From positions 1-35,059 of the forward strand of contig JAEWCK010000049.1 of assembly GCA_023390675.1 (NCBI GenBank): DNA of 35,059 nucleotides, written 5' to 3'. Below the pieces are notes generated by a model. That model was not told where the DNA came from. It worked only from the letters and a program-made list of their open reading frames with translations, and made no database searches. Source of the DNA: Pseudomonadota bacterium (GTDB taxonomy: Bacteria > Pseudomonadota > Alphaproteobacteria > Sphingomonadales > Sphingomonadaceae). How positions within the stretch are numbered: the stretch's first letter is position 1; each line of letters begins with the position of its first letter. Shown piece after piece: positions 8,993-19,251 of the stretch. The translations under genes were made by a program, and so were the position numbers.

Positions 8993-9022
8993 TTGTCATA
9001 CCGCTTCGCGCCTCATTGGCAA
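8993..9022 (-). promoter_or_regulatory. Putative gntR promoter with overlapping operator
   Basis: Minus strand reads TTGCCA-N16-TATGAC. The FadR-type site TTGT-CAT-ACCG (8993-9003) overlaps the -10. Confidence 0.5.
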
Positions 9023-9048
9023 GCTGGAGGGCCGGACCAGTGAGGCGC
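9008..9048 (-). terminator. Stem-loop downstream of TBDR gene 1
   Basis: Inverted repeat GCGCCTCATTGG...CCAGTGAGGCGC, 10 nt after the stop. No clear U-tract. Confidence 0.35.
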
Positions 9049-9057
9049 GCATGAGCG

Positions 9058-11940
9058 TCACAGCCGCACGCGCAGTCCGACGAAGTAGCGCGGCCCGTAA
9101 TAGTGATATTGGCGCGTGCTGCCCTGGACCGGCATGTAGGTGACCTTGGGCTCGTCGAAGATGTTGATCGCCTCGAAGCGCAGCGACGTGTTTTTCATCA
9201 GATCCAGCGAGGCGCGCACGTCGACGGTGTTGTTGCCCTCGACATAGCGCAGCTGCGTGTTGCCGCCGACAAAGTCCTGATAATAGTTCGAGCGGTAGTT
9301 GTAGATGCCCTGGATCGAGAACGGCCCGGTCTCGTAATAGGCCTGGGCCGATATGACATGGCGCGAATAGCCGCTGATATTGGCGGGCGGGATGATCCCC
9401 GGCGTAGTCGTGCCGGTGACCGGATCGAACACGTCGCCGAGGCTGATGTCATAGGTCTTGAAGTCCGAATCGGCGAAATTGTAGCTTACCTTGAAGCCCA
9501 GGCCGTCGAGGGGCTTGGGCAGCCAGCTCAGGCGGTGCGCCGCGGTCAGCTCGAGGCCCCATATGCGGCTCTGGTCGCTGCTGTTCTGGGTTTGGGTGAC
9601 CGGGATCGTCACCGCCGTCCCGCCGATATTATAATCCTCGTCGATCACGACCGGGACGAACCCGCCGGTGAACTTCTTGTAGTAGAGCGTCGCCGAGAAC
9701 AGCGAATCCCGGTTGGGATACCATTCGAGCGCGAGATCGCCGTTCCACGACATCAGCGGCTGGAGCCGCGGGCTGCCGTTGGCGGTGATGTTGTCGATCG
9801 CGTCCTCGATCGACGTGAACGCCGTCCCGCTCTCGAGCGAGATCGAGCGCCCCGCGCCGAGGCTGCTCGGCGCCGGCTTGGACATCGCGCGATAGACCGC
9901 CGCGCGAAGCACCAGATCGTCCTTCAAATCGAAGATCGCATTGACGCTGGGCAGCCAGCGCGTGGTGGCATTCTTGATCGTCACGGTGGTGAAGTCGCCG
10001 GTCTCGACCAGGCGGATGCTCCCGTCAGGATTGGTGACCACGTCGAGATCGCTGCGCAACCCGTTTGAAGTGTCCTCGGTGCGCACGACGCGGACGCCGA
10101 AATTGCCGCGCACGGGCAGATTGCCCAGACTGCCGCGATATTCGCCCATCACATAGCCGGCATAGGTGCGCTCGATCACGTCGCGATTGGCGACCGAGCG
10201 GACGTCGTCGTTGCGGCCCGGATCCACCGCGCCGGCATATTCGGCGAACAGGCAATTGGGATCGAAGGTCGCCCAGTGGGTGATCGTGTTGCCATCGGCC
10301 GCCGCGAGGAAGCTGGTCTGGGGGAATTGCGCGCGGCAGAGCTGGTTGATCCGCCGGTCTTCGGTGATCGCAGGGTTGAGGTTGAATTCCTTGCGGTCGT
10401 CATAGTCGTTGTACTTGAGCTCGGACACGCGGCCGCCCGCGGAGAGGGCGCTCAGGAACCCGTCCATCTCGTACCGGGCGTCGATGCGGCCCGCGACGAT
10501 CTTGTTGTAGCGGCGGCTCTCGTCGCGCCGCATACGCGCGTCGTCCCAGAACAAGGCGTGGTTATCGAGGTTGAAGCGCGGGTCGATAGTCACCGTCGGC
10601 GCGAAGTTCCCCGGCAGCACTTCGTAATGATAGGGAATGCGCTGGTTGTTGATCGCGGTCGTGGCGTTGAACACGTCCTTTGGGTCGGTGCGCAGACGCG
10701 CGTTGCGCTCGATCTCGATGCGGATCGTGCGCGAGAAGGATCCGTCGGCCGTGATCGAGAAGCGGTCGGTCGGCTTCCACGCGACCGAGGCGCCGCCGCC
10801 CATATATTCCTCGTTGCGCGAAAGCTCGGCCGCGGTCGACTCGAGCGAGCTCTTGCCGTCGAGGCTGGTGATCACATGGTCTTCGTTGAAGACCACGTTG
10901 GTCAGCCCGTAGCGCATCTCGGACATGTTGAGATCGCGGCGGTGCTCGGTGAACAGCCGGGTCGAGTATTGATAGTCGAGATTGATATCGAGCGTGTCGC
11001 TCGGCTGCCATTGCAGCGCGCCGAAAAAGGCGTCGCGCTTGTCGTCCTCGCGGATCTGGCGCCATGCGATCGAATTGGGGGCGAGATAAAAGGGCGTGCC
11101 CGTCAGCGCCTGCGCGCGCGTCACCGCAGTGCAATTGTTGTTGGCGACGACGATGGTCGCGTTGCACGCGGTCCAGGTCGAACTGCCGGCGACGGTCTCC
11201 TCGGGGTTGCTCCCCTGGTTGCGCTGGAACCCGAGCGAAATGCCGAAGCGACCGAGCCCGCCCAGATCGAACTGATCGACATAGCTCGCCGTGCCGCGCC
11301 AGCCGAGGCCCCCGCTGCCGATGATGCGGTCGCCATAGGGATTGAAGCTGCCCTTGGCCTCGAGCTGGATACGGCGGCCCTTAACGTCGAGCGGGCGCAG
11401 CGTGCCGAGCTCGATCGTGCCGGCGACGCCGCCTTCAACCAAACTCGCCTGCTGCGACTTGTAGATCTTGATCTGATTGATCAGCTCGGAGGGGAACTGG
11501 TTGAAATTGACAGCACGGTCGCCACTACCGTTGGTCGCCTCGCGCCCGTTGAAGGTCGAATTGCTGAGAAAGGGGCCGAGGCCGCGCAGCGCGATCTCGG
11601 AAGCGTCGCCCTTCTCGCGGTGCGTGGTCGCGCCGGTGATCGTCTGGATCGCCTGGCCGACCGATAGCGCCGGCAAGTCGCCGATATCGTCGGATGAAAG
11701 CGCGTCGACGATCGCGGTCTCGTTCTTCTTTGTCGCGATCGAGGTCTGGATCGTCTCGCGGATGCCCGAGACTACGATTTCGTTCTCGCCGCTGGTCTCA
11801 ACCTGGCTCGGCGCCTGCGCGGTGCTGTCCTGCGCGAAGGCCGGCGTTGCGGCGAGCGCGGCGAGCCCCGCCCCGGCAAGCAGCGCCACACGCGCCCCGA
11901 TGGAATTGCGATTGAATGCAGGATTTTGCGCAGCGCGCAT
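9058..11940 (-). CDS. TonB-dependent receptor (carbohydrate-locus type)
   Basis: Signal peptide ending AFA-Q, TonB box EIVVSGIR, plug DDIGDLP, ANGSPRLQP and C-terminal GPRYFVGLRVRL. Confidence 0.95.
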   Translation of the reverse strand: MRAAQNPAFNRNSIGARVALLAGAGLAALAATPAFAQDSTAQAPSQVETSGENEIVVSGIRETIQTSIATKKNETAIVDALSSDDIGDLPALSVGQAIQTITGATTHREKGDASEIALRGLGPFLSNSTFNGREATNGSGDRAVNFNQFPSELINQIKIYKSQQASLVEGGVAGTIELGTLRPLDVKGRRIQLEAKGSFNPYGDRIIGSGGLGWRGTASYVDQFDLGGLGRFGISLGFQRNQGSNPEETVAGSSTWTACNATIVVANNNCTAVTRAQALTGTPFYLAPNSIAWRQIREDDKRDAFFGALQWQPSDTLDINLDYQYSTRLFTEHRRDLNMSEMRYGLTNVVFNEDHVITSLDGKSSLESTAAELSRNEEYMGGGASVAWKPTDRFSITADGSFSRTIRIEIERNARLRTDPKDVFNATTAINNQRIPYHYEVLPGNFAPTVTIDPRFNLDNHALFWDDARMRRDESRRYNKIVAGRIDARYEMDGFLSALSAGGRVSELKYNDYDDRKEFNLNPAITEDRRINQLCRAQFPQTSFLAAADGNTITHWATFDPNCLFAEYAGAVDPGRNDDVRSVANRDVIERTYAGYVMGEYRGSLGNLPVRGNFGVRVVRTEDTSNGLRSDLDVVTNPDGSIRLVETGDFTTVTIKNATTRWLPSVNAIFDLKDDLVLRAAVYRAMSKPAPSSLGAGRSISLESGTAFTSIEDAIDNITANGSPRLQPLMSWNGDLALEWYPNRDSLFSATLYYKKFTGGFVPVVIDEDYNIGGTAVTIPVTQTQNSSDQSRIWGLELTAAHRLSWLPKPLDGLGFKVSYNFADSDFKTYDISLGDVFDPVTGTTTPGIIPPANISGYSRHVISAQAYYETGPFSIQGIYNYRSNYYQDFVGGNTQLRYVEGNNTVDVRASLDLMKNTSLRFEAINIFDEPKVTYMPVQGSTRQYHYYGPRYFVGLRVRL

Positions 11941-11975
11941 CGATGCCTCTCCCGAGTCTTTATTGTTTGCCAGTA

Positions 11976-12021
11976 ATGCTGACTTGGCTAGCCAAAACTG
12001 TCAAGCAAATTGGTATGGATA
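11976..12021 (-). promoter_or_regulatory. sigma70-like promoter of TBDR gene 1 with palindromic operator
   Basis: Minus strand reads TTGACA (11999-12004)-N17-CAGCAT. The perfect palindrome TTGGCTAGCCAA (11984-11995) lies in the spacer, with a second site AATTGGTATG at 12008-12017. Confidence 0.6.
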
Positions 12022-12036
12022 TTGTGCCTGACGCGG

Positions 12037-12885
12037 TCAGGGCAGAAGCTGGCTCCGCAGATCGGGCGCCACCGCGGCGAGATCGCGGGCTACCAGCCGC
12101 GCGATGACCTCGGCGCCGACATCGCCCAGATGCGTGTAGTCGAACTTGCGGGTGATCGTGCCGCGCGGCGCCTTGGGATCGGCGGGCGGGGCGGGATGGA
12201 CCTCCGGCGCGGGCTTGGGCGGAAGCGTGGAGCCCGCCTCCGCCGCCGCGAGCTCCTCCGCGCTCGGCGGCACCTGCGCGAGTTGGGTCGCATCGCGCGC
12301 GCCCATCTTCTGGACCAGCGCCGCGCTACGCGCATTGAGATCGACCAGCGGCACTTGCATCTCGGCGGCGACCTTGCGGACCTGATCGGACCAGGAAGCG
12401 AGCGTGTTCTGGAGCTTGCCCTGCTTGAACTCGCGGCGCGTGAGCGGCGTCAGCAGCACCGGAATGGCGCCGGCTGCGCGCACCTCCTCGACGAACCTGC
12501 GCAGATTGGCGGGGAATTCGGTGGTCTGCTCGGTCCAGCGCTCGGACTTGCTCGACTGGTCGTTGTGGCCGAACTGGATCAGCACATAGGTGGCGCGATA
12601 GCCCGGCACGCGTGCCTCGGCGAGTGCGATGGCCCACGATCCTTCCTGGCGATAGCTGCGCGTCGAACGCCCGCCGCGCCCGGCATTGAGGCAGGCGACC
12701 GAAGATTTGACGTGGTGCATGCAAAAAGCTGACGCCCAGCCGCTGTGCGGCGCCATCGTCGAATCCCCGACCAGAATGATCTTGTACGGATCGAGATGCG
12801 GCGCGTCGGTGCGTTCGCGCGTCTGCGCGGTGGCCGGCGACGCCGCGAGCGCCAGCGCCGCGCCCGCGAGCATCCAGGCGTTCAT
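12037..12885 (-). CDS. Secreted SGNH/GDSL hydrolase (rhamnogalacturonan acetylesterase-like, CE12-like)
   Basis: The real gene is the last 282 aa of the 840-aa ORF. Signal peptide MNAWMLAGAALALAASPATA, blocks GDST, GRGGRS, QFGHND and DYTH. Confidence 0.9.
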   Translation of the reverse strand: MNAWMLAGAALALAASPATAQTRERTDAPHLDPYKIILVGDSTMAPHSGWASAFCMHHVKSSVACLNAGRGGRSTRSYRQEGSWAIALAEARVPGYRATYVLIQFGHNDQSSKSERWTEQTTEFPANLRRFVEEVRAAGAIPVLLTPLTRREFKQGKLQNTLASWSDQVRKVAAEMQVPLVDLNARSAALVQKMGARDATQLAQVPPSAEELAAAEAGSTLPPKPAPEVHPAPPADPKAPRGTITRKFDYTHLGDVGAEVIARLVARDLAAVAPDLRSQLLP

Positions 12886-12893
12886 CCTCACCC

Positions 12894-13646
12894 TCACGAG
12901 AAGCCGAGCCCGCCGTTTACGTCGAGATTGACGCCCGCGAGGAAGGCTCCCTCGTCCGAGGCGAGGAAGGCAATGCAGTCGGCGACGTCGTCGGGATGGC
13001 CTTCGCGGCGCAGCGGCGTGTTGTTCGCCGTTGCGGCGCGGCCCTCGGGCTTCGAGAAGATGTCGTGGAAGCTCGTGCCGATCAGCCCCGGGCATACGGC
13101 GTTGACGCGGATGCCCTGCGGGCCGAACTCCTTGGCCCAGGCGCGTGTCAGCGTCATCAGCGCGCCCTTGGCGGTCGCGTAGATAGACGCGCCAGGACCG
13201 CCACCGTCGCGGCCGGCGAGCGATGACACGTTCACGATCGCGCCGCCTTTGCCCATCAGCGGCTTGACCGCCTTGGTGACGAGGAAGGCGGATTTGAGGT
13301 TGAGCGTCATGACATGGTCGAAAAAGGCCTCGTCCATCTCCTCGATCGTCTTGCGCGCGACCATGCCGCCCGCGAGGTTGACGAGGATGTCGATCCGCTC
13401 GCCGAACTCGGCGCGCACGGCGTCGATCATCGCGGTCACTTGGGCGGGGTCGGTCACGTCGGCGCGGAACACCGCCGCGGTGCCCCCGGCCTCGCGGATC
13501 TCCTTCGCGGTCGCCTCGGCCGAATCCTTGTCGTTGGCATAATTGATCGCAACCCTGGCGCCTTCGCGCGCGAGACGGAGCGAAACCGAACGGCCGATAT
13601 CGCGGCCGCCGCCGGTGACCAGCGCGACCTTGTTGGACAGATTCAT
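12894..13646 (-). CDS. SDR family oxidoreductase, probable DEH (4-deoxy-L-erythro-5-hexoseulose uronate) reductase
   Basis: TGGGRDIG, NLAGG, YATAK and VNAVCPG motifs. Substrate is inferred from its position in the alginate locus. Confidence 0.8.
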   Translation of the reverse strand: MNLSNKVALVTGGGRDIGRSVSLRLAREGARVAINYANDKDSAEATAKEIREAGGTAAVFRADVTDPAQVTAMIDAVRAEFGERIDILVNLAGGMVARKTIEEMDEAFFDHVMTLNLKSAFLVTKAVKPLMGKGGAIVNVSSLAGRDGGGPGASIYATAKGALMTLTRAWAKEFGPQGIRVNAVCPGLIGTSFHDIFSKPEGRAATANNTPLRREGHPDDVADCIAFLASDEGAFLAGVNLDVNGGLGFS

Positions 13647-13649
13647 GGA

Positions 13650-14927
13650 CTACCTCTGTATGGGTTGGACGGGGGCGGCCCGGCCGCCGAGCAGCCAGAC
13701 CGAAACGATAGCGACCGGCACCAGCCCGGCGGCGATCGCGAAGATCGGCGCGAAGCTCACCTTGGTGAGCTCGGGCACCAGCCAGGTGGTGATCAACGTG
13801 CCGGCGACCGCGGCGGTCCCGCTGATCCCGGCGAGCGAGCCGACGGTGCCGCCGCCGAAATAGTCGGCGGGCAGCGTCTGGATGTTGTTGATCGCGACCT
13901 GGAAGCCGAACAGGATGACCGCGATCAGCAGCACGGCGTAGAGCGGATCGCTCGCCTGCGTCGTGAGCACAAGCGGCGGCAGCATGATCGCGCCGCCGAG
14001 CGTGATCGCGACGCGGCGGGCGTTGAGCGCGGTCCAGCCGCGCGCGATCATCGCCCCCGAAAGCCAGCCGCCCGATAGGCTGCCGAGCATCGCACCGACA
14101 TAGGGCACCCAGGCGAAGAAGCCGATCTGCTTGACGTCGAAGCCGAAGGTCTCGGCAAGGTAGATCGGCAGCCACGACACGAACAGCCACCAGATCGGAT
14201 CGAGGAAGAAGCGCGCGGCGATGACGCTCCAGCTCTCGCGATGGCGCAGCATCTGCGAGAAGCCGGGAGCATAGCCGACGATCGCCGCAGTCGCCGCGAT
14301 GTCGTCGGCGCCGCTCCCGCCCAGAATATGCGCGCGCTCCCTGGCGCTCAGCCAGGGATGCGCATCGGGGTCCGAGCGATAGAGCCACAGCCAAGGCAGC
14401 AGCCACAGCCCGCCGAGCAGAGCGATCACCACGAAGGTGCCCTGCCAGCCGAGGCTGACGAAGAGCAGAGCGACGAACGGCGCCGAGATGATCCCGCCCA
14501 GCGACGCGCCGGCGTTGAAGATGCCCTGCGCGAAAGCCCGCTCGCGCGCCGGGAACCACAAGGCATTGGCCTTGGCCGCGCCGGGCCAGTTGCCTGCCTC
14601 ACCGAGCCCGAGGGTCGCGCGGAGCACCGCGAACAGTCCCAGGCTCCGCACCACCGAGTGCAGCCCGATCGACAGCGACCACACCACGATCGAGAGCGCG
14701 AAGCCCAGCCGCGTCCCGATCACGTCGAACAGCCGCCCGAACAACGCCTGGCCGCAGGCGTAGGCGAGCATGAAGATCGTCACGAGCAGCGCGTAATCGG
14801 CCTTGTCGGCGCCGATGTCCTTCGAAACGGCGGGCCACATCACCGCGAGCGCGTTGCGGTCGATATAGTTGATCACCGTGGCGAGCGCGATCAGGCCGAT
14901 CACGAACCAGCGCAGGTTGCCCTTCAT
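13650..14927 (-). CDS. MFS transporter, ExuT/hexuronate (ACS) family
   Basis: LRWFVIGLIALATVINYIDR, GEAGNWPGA, WFP..ERA.AQGIFN.G and DPIWW...WLP motifs. Confidence 0.92.
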   Translation of the reverse strand: MKGNLRWFVIGLIALATVINYIDRNALAVMWPAVSKDIGADKADYALLVTIFMLAYACGQALFGRLFDVIGTRLGFALSIVVWSLSIGLHSVVRSLGLFAVLRATLGLGEAGNWPGAAKANALWFPARERAFAQGIFNAGASLGGIISAPFVALLFVSLGWQGTFVVIALLGGLWLLPWLWLYRSDPDAHPWLSARERAHILGGSGADDIAATAAIVGYAPGFSQMLRHRESWSVIAARFFLDPIWWLFVSWLPIYLAETFGFDVKQIGFFAWVPYVGAMLGSLSGGWLSGAMIARGWTALNARRVAITLGGAIMLPPLVLTTQASDPLYAVLLIAVILFGFQVAINNIQTLPADYFGGGTVGSLAGISGTAAVAGTLITTWLVPELTKVSFAPIFAIAAGLVPVAIVSVWLLGGRAAPVQPIQR

Positions 14928-17107
14928 TTCGCGTCCTCTCCGTCGAAGCGGCCGATCGGGCCGGTCCAGCCCTTCGCCTTGCCGCCGATCGCCGCTTCAT
15001 GCCGCGCATCGGGCGCGGGGTCGTCGGCGATGGCGATGGTGACGGTGCGGCCGCCCGTGAGGGCGACCGTCACCAGCTCGGCGCCGTCGATGCGGCGGCG
15101 CACGAGCTTCGCGACCCGGGAGGTACTTCCCGTGGTGGTTTCGGCGGACGCGTCGTAGCGCCCGTGCGGCTCGAGCAGCCCGACGAAGGTGACCTGCTTC
15201 GCGCCATCGACGCGCTGGATGAGCATCGGCTCGCGGCGCAAATTGAAGCGCGGATCGTTGGCGCCGCTCTCGCCGATCAGCACCGTCGCGCCGGGGGGCG
15301 GCAGCATCCGGTAGCTGTAGAAGCGGTCGCCGGTCATCCAGGTGAAGCGGCCGTTGTCGTCGGTCGGTGTGCCGGTCGCATCGATCCAGATATGCTGGTA
15401 GCCGAACGCCTTGCCGAGCACCGGCCGCTCCGCCGCGTAGGGTTTGAGCGGGAAGCCGGCGTCGATTATCTGCCCGTTGAAGTGGAGCGGCAGGTCGTAG
15501 CGGTGCGGCGTGTCCCCCTCGGCGCGCAGCACGTCGAGCACCAGCGGCGCGGCGAGCCCCTTGACCTCGATCGTCACCAGCGCACGGCGGAAGGAGACGT
15601 CCGGATACGCGTCCTTCATCTCGGCGATCGACCATTGGGTGTCGCCCTCGCCGTGAAAGGCGAGCTGCACCGGCGCCGTCCTGTCCGCCGGCTTTTCCTC
15701 GGCGCGGAAATGGCTGGTCTCGTCCACCACTAGCGTGTTGTGCGCCACCGTCTGCTGCGCCCAGCTGTCGTTCTCGGCGAGATAGCGCCCGCCGTCCTTC
15801 GCCTCGATGTTGAGGAAGCGGGCGGCGCCGTAGTCGGTCACGACCGCATTGCCGTTGTCGTACAGCAGCCAGTTGAGCTTGTCGAAATGGCCGTGGCCCA
15901 TGCCCTGCTGGGTGTTCTTGGCGACGAGCACGGTCGCGTCCGCCTGCGGTCCCGAGCGCAGCACCGCGAGCGCGCCGTCCTTGCCCTCGGGCCCGTCGCG
16001 GAACAGCGCCGAGGCGAAGGGGAAGGGCCGCGCCTTGCCCGCGGCGAGATCGCGCGCGACCATCAGCCCGCCGGGGCTCAGCACGGTGCGGCCCTGCCAT
16101 TCAGCGATGCCCAGCAGTCCCGGATCGCGCGTCGCGGCGTAAGCGATCGCGACTCCTTGATAGAGCTCCTCGGTGCGCAGGCTTTTGTCGGGCATCGCGT
16201 CGTTGATCGGGAAGAAATAGCCCTGATAGGTGAGCTGGATCGTCGTCCGCACCGCCTTTAGAATGACGCCGTTGCGATATTCGAAGATCTTCCTACCGGG
16301 ATCGTTGGCTTCGATCGCCGCGGCGAAGAGTACGAAGGGCTGGAGCGCGTAGCGCTGATAATAGGGACCCTCGGCATAATAGCCGTCGGGCGAGAAGAGC
16401 AGGTCGAGCTGGCGCAGAAATCCCGATTTGCCGCTCTTGTCGAGCCCGAGCAGCGCCTTCTCGACCAGGTCCTGGTCGCCGAGCACATAGCCGGTCATCC
16501 CGACCGCGGCGCACGCCCAGGTGGCGTGATTGTGGATGCGGTTGAAGACCTCCGGCGAGCCTTCGGACAGGAAGCGCGCCATCGGCCGCAGCGCGCCGTC
16601 CTCGATCGTCTTGCGATCTGCGACGCTGAACGCGTCGCGCGCCGCGTCATAGCCCTGGATCGCATGGACGAGGAACACGCTATCGTTGAGGCTCTGCCAG
16701 AACAGCCGCCCTGCGGTCTGATTGGCGTGCGCCGGGTGCGGCCCCAGCGTTGGATAGAGCTTGGCGTAAGCTAGCAGCAGCGCACGGACATGCTCGGCGT
16801 AGCGCTTCTCGCCGGTGATCCGGTATATCAGCCCCGCGCCATAGATTGTGCGGTAGTTGCGTTTGTGCTGCTCGTGGGTGAAGCCGCCGCCCGGATCCCT
16901 CGGCACCGGGACATTCACTCCCGCGCGGATCGCCGCGTCGACTTCGGCGCGCATCCGCGCGATCTCCGCCGCGAACAGCGGATAGCGCTGCCCCTCGCGC
17001 GCGAGTTCCTGGAATTGCGCCGCGCTGCCCAGCGCCGGCGCGCCGTCCTGCGCATAAGCCGGGGCGGCGGGCGCGAGTGCGGCAGCGAAGGCGAGACCAC
17101 GCATCAT
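14924..17107 (-). CDS. Oligoalginate lyase, polysaccharide lyase family 17 (heparinase II/III-like C-terminal domain)
   Basis: GGG.THEQHK.NY, GRLFWQSLND, IHNHATW, DGYY.EGPYYQRYA, GMGHGHFDKL and DYGAARFLNIE.K.GGRY match Alg17c-type motifs. Signal peptide present. Confidence 0.93.
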   Translation of the reverse strand: MMRGLAFAAALAPAAPAYAQDGAPALGSAAQFQELAREGQRYPLFAAEIARMRAEVDAAIRAGVNVPVPRDPGGGFTHEQHKRNYRTIYGAGLIYRITGEKRYAEHVRALLLAYAKLYPTLGPHPAHANQTAGRLFWQSLNDSVFLVHAIQGYDAARDAFSVADRKTIEDGALRPMARFLSEGSPEVFNRIHNHATWACAAVGMTGYVLGDQDLVEKALLGLDKSGKSGFLRQLDLLFSPDGYYAEGPYYQRYALQPFVLFAAAIEANDPGRKIFEYRNGVILKAVRTTIQLTYQGYFFPINDAMPDKSLRTEELYQGVAIAYAATRDPGLLGIAEWQGRTVLSPGGLMVARDLAAGKARPFPFASALFRDGPEGKDGALAVLRSGPQADATVLVAKNTQQGMGHGHFDKLNWLLYDNGNAVVTDYGAARFLNIEAKDGGRYLAENDSWAQQTVAHNTLVVDETSHFRAEEKPADRTAPVQLAFHGEGDTQWSIAEMKDAYPDVSFRRALVTIEVKGLAAPLVLDVLRAEGDTPHRYDLPLHFNGQIIDAGFPLKPYAAERPVLGKAFGYQHIWIDATGTPTDDNGRFTWMTGDRFYSYRMLPPPGATVLIGESGANDPRFNLRREPMLIQRVDGAKQVTFVGLLEPHGRYDASAETTTGSTSRVAKLVRRRIDGAELVTVALTGGRTVTIAIADDPAPDARHEAAIGGKAKGWTGPIGRFDGEDAK

Positions 17108-19251
17108 GATCCCGAACGATTTCCCGAAATCTCGGCGCGTGGCGGCCCGCGATAAGTCAGCTCGCGGATCACCGGGTCGGGAGTCTGCGCGAACGCATTG
17201 CCGGTGATCCGCGTGTGCGGCGTGCCGACGCTATGTGTCACTTCGATCGGCGCCGAAGCCGCGAAGCTGTTGCCGGCAATGGTCGTCCATTGCACGCCCG
17301 AGAGACGCACCGAAGCGCCTGCCTGTACGCCGCTCGCCGCGACAGTCGAGTTCTCGAGCGTGAAGTAGGGGCCGAAGGTGCTCTCATCGGTGCCGCGGCG
17401 GAGCAGGTCGGCGACCATCCCCACCTTCGCGAAATCGCTGTCCGCGATGACGAGGTTCTCGACCGGATACCAGCCGCTGCTGCCCTGCTCGGCAGTCGCG
17501 GCGACCACGGTGCCGGGGATCGCGGCGAAGCTGCTGCGGCGGATCTCGATCCGGTCGGCGAAAGTGCCCGGCGCAGTCGCGACGACGTCGAGCCCCGCGG
17601 CGGCGTGCGAGCCGTCGACCGAAACGTCGGTCATCGACAGCGAGTAGTTGGCGCGCGCGGTCGGTTCGATCCGCACGACAGCCCCGGCGCCGGCCGGATG
17701 CGCCTCGATCGCCAGCGCCTGAAGCGAAGCGCCCGCGCCCGCGGTCACGTCGAGCAAGGCGGGCCCGGTGAACACGATCCGCGTCTTGTCGCGCCCCGCG
17801 CCGCGAATGGCGAGGCGGTGCGAGACCGGGATCGCGCCCGCCACGTCGTAGCGGCCGGTGGCGAGCGCGATCGTGTCGCCTTCGCCCGAATGTGCGATCG
17901 CGTCGGCAAGGCCCTGGCCGGGCGGAACCGCGATGCTGCGCGGCGCGACCGCGCTCGCGCGCTTGTACCAGGCGACGCCCACTTCGGCGCGCGTCACCGG
18001 CTTGAGGTCGCGCGGCGCGCCGGCGTCGGACCCTTCGGGGTAGAGCAGCCCGTTGGGCGCCTCGACCAGCTTCGCCGACAGGACGTTGCCGCTCTGCGCG
18101 ATCCCCGAGGCGTCGCCCTCGGCGACGATTGGGCTCTTGCCCTCGGCACCGAGTACCAGATTGTCGGCGAAGCGGCTGGCGATCGGCGGCGCGCTGCGCT
18201 CGGCATCGGCGCCCGCCGCAAACGTGATCCGCGCGACATGGACGAAGCTGTTGTGCTCGATCGCCGCGTTGTTCACCTGATGGTAGCGGTTGATCACCGA
18301 ATTGGGCACGCCGTTCATCACGGTGAGCGCGCTCTTGAAGTCCTTGCCCGCCAGGTCCTGGAAATAGTTGAAGCGGACGATCTGATCGCGGTTGATCACC
18401 CGCACGCCGCCGGTGTCGGGCTTGTTGCCACCCAGGAACACGTTGCGCTCGACCAGATTGCCGTTGCCGTGGCGGAGCACGAATGAACCCTGCGACTGGA
18501 GCACGAGATTCTCCCGCAGGACGTTGTGGCCGGACTTGATCGAGACGATCTCGACCTCGCCGTCGCAGCGATCGAAGATGTTGCGCTCGATGATCGTGCG
18601 CGAGTCCGAAAGCGATTCGTCGCTGGTGCCGATGCGGATCGTCTCGCCGCCGTTCGAGCCGAGCGGCGGGCGCGGCCCGAAATAATTATGGTCGATCCGC
18701 GCGCGGTTCTCTTCGGGATGCCCCTTGTCGCGGATCACTGCGAGCGTGACCCCGGCATTGGCCTTGCCTTCGAAATGCGAATGATCGACGCGATTGTCCT
18801 GCCCGAAGATCGCCACCCAGATATCTTCGGCGCGGCGGTCGGGCTTGGTGAAGCGGTCGATCACCACTTCGGTCAGCCGCGCATGACGTGCATAGGTCTT
18901 CGAGTCCTTGCGGAACGCGATGACATGGTCGGTCGGCGACCAGCCGTCGCGAAAGACGAGCCCCGAGACCTCGAGATAGTCGCCGCCGATGCGCAGGTTC
19001 GATTGGCCGGTGAGGATCACGCCGCCTTTGCTTTGCGCGGTCAGCCGGATCGGCTTGTCGGCGGTGCCGGTGCCGGTGAACAGGATCTGGAAATCGCGCC
19101 ATTCGCCGTCGCGCAGAACGATCGTGTCGCCCGGATGCGCGTGCTTCACCGCCGCCGAATATTCGGCCGGGTTGGTGACGAGGAAATCGGCTGCATGGGC
19201 CGGCGCCGCCACGCCGATCAGAATCGCAACCGCGCCCAGCCCTCCCAGCAT
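17104..19251 (-). CDS. Alginate lyase, polysaccharide lyase family 6 (two beta-helix domains)
   Basis: GGAGG lies 9 nt before ATG 19251 (MLGGLGAVAILIGVAAPAHA). Motifs PGDTIVLRDG, LGSNGGETIRIGTS, EIVSIKS (catalytic Lys), LRHG (catalytic Arg) and C-terminal RRGTDESTFGP. Confidence 0.93.
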   Translation of the reverse strand: MLGGLGAVAILIGVAAPAHAADFLVTNPAEYSAAVKHAHPGDTIVLRDGEWRDFQILFTGTGTADKPIRLTAQSKGGVILTGQSNLRIGGDYLEVSGLVFRDGWSPTDHVIAFRKDSKTYARHARLTEVVIDRFTKPDRRAEDIWVAIFGQDNRVDHSHFEGKANAGVTLAVIRDKGHPEENRARIDHNYFGPRPPLGSNGGETIRIGTSDESLSDSRTIIERNIFDRCDGEVEIVSIKSGHNVLRENLVLQSQGSFVLRHGNGNLVERNVFLGGNKPDTGGVRVINRDQIVRFNYFQDLAGKDFKSALTVMNGVPNSVINRYHQVNNAAIEHNSFVHVARITFAAGADAERSAPPIASRFADNLVLGAEGKSPIVAEGDASGIAQSGNVLSAKLVEAPNGLLYPEGSDAGAPRDLKPVTRAEVGVAWYKRASAVAPRSIAVPPGQGLADAIAHSGEGDTIALATGRYDVAGAIPVSHRLAIRGAGRDKTRIVFTGPALLDVTAGAGASLQALAIEAHPAGAGAVVRIEPTARANYSLSMTDVSVDGSHAAAGLDVVATAPGTFADRIEIRRSSFAAIPGTVVAATAEQGSSGWYPVENLVIADSDFAKVGMVADLLRRGTDESTFGPYFTLENSTVAASGVQAGASVRLSGVQWTTIAGNSFAASAPIEVTHSVGTPHTRITGNAFAQTPDPVIRELTYRGPPRAEISGNRSGS

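Noticed and set aside
12037..14559. 840-aa ORF as a giant fusion protein
   Set aside because: The first 558 aa are an Arg/Ala-rich off-frame reading of the MFS and SDR genes. Only the last 282 aa have a signal peptide and SGNH motifs.
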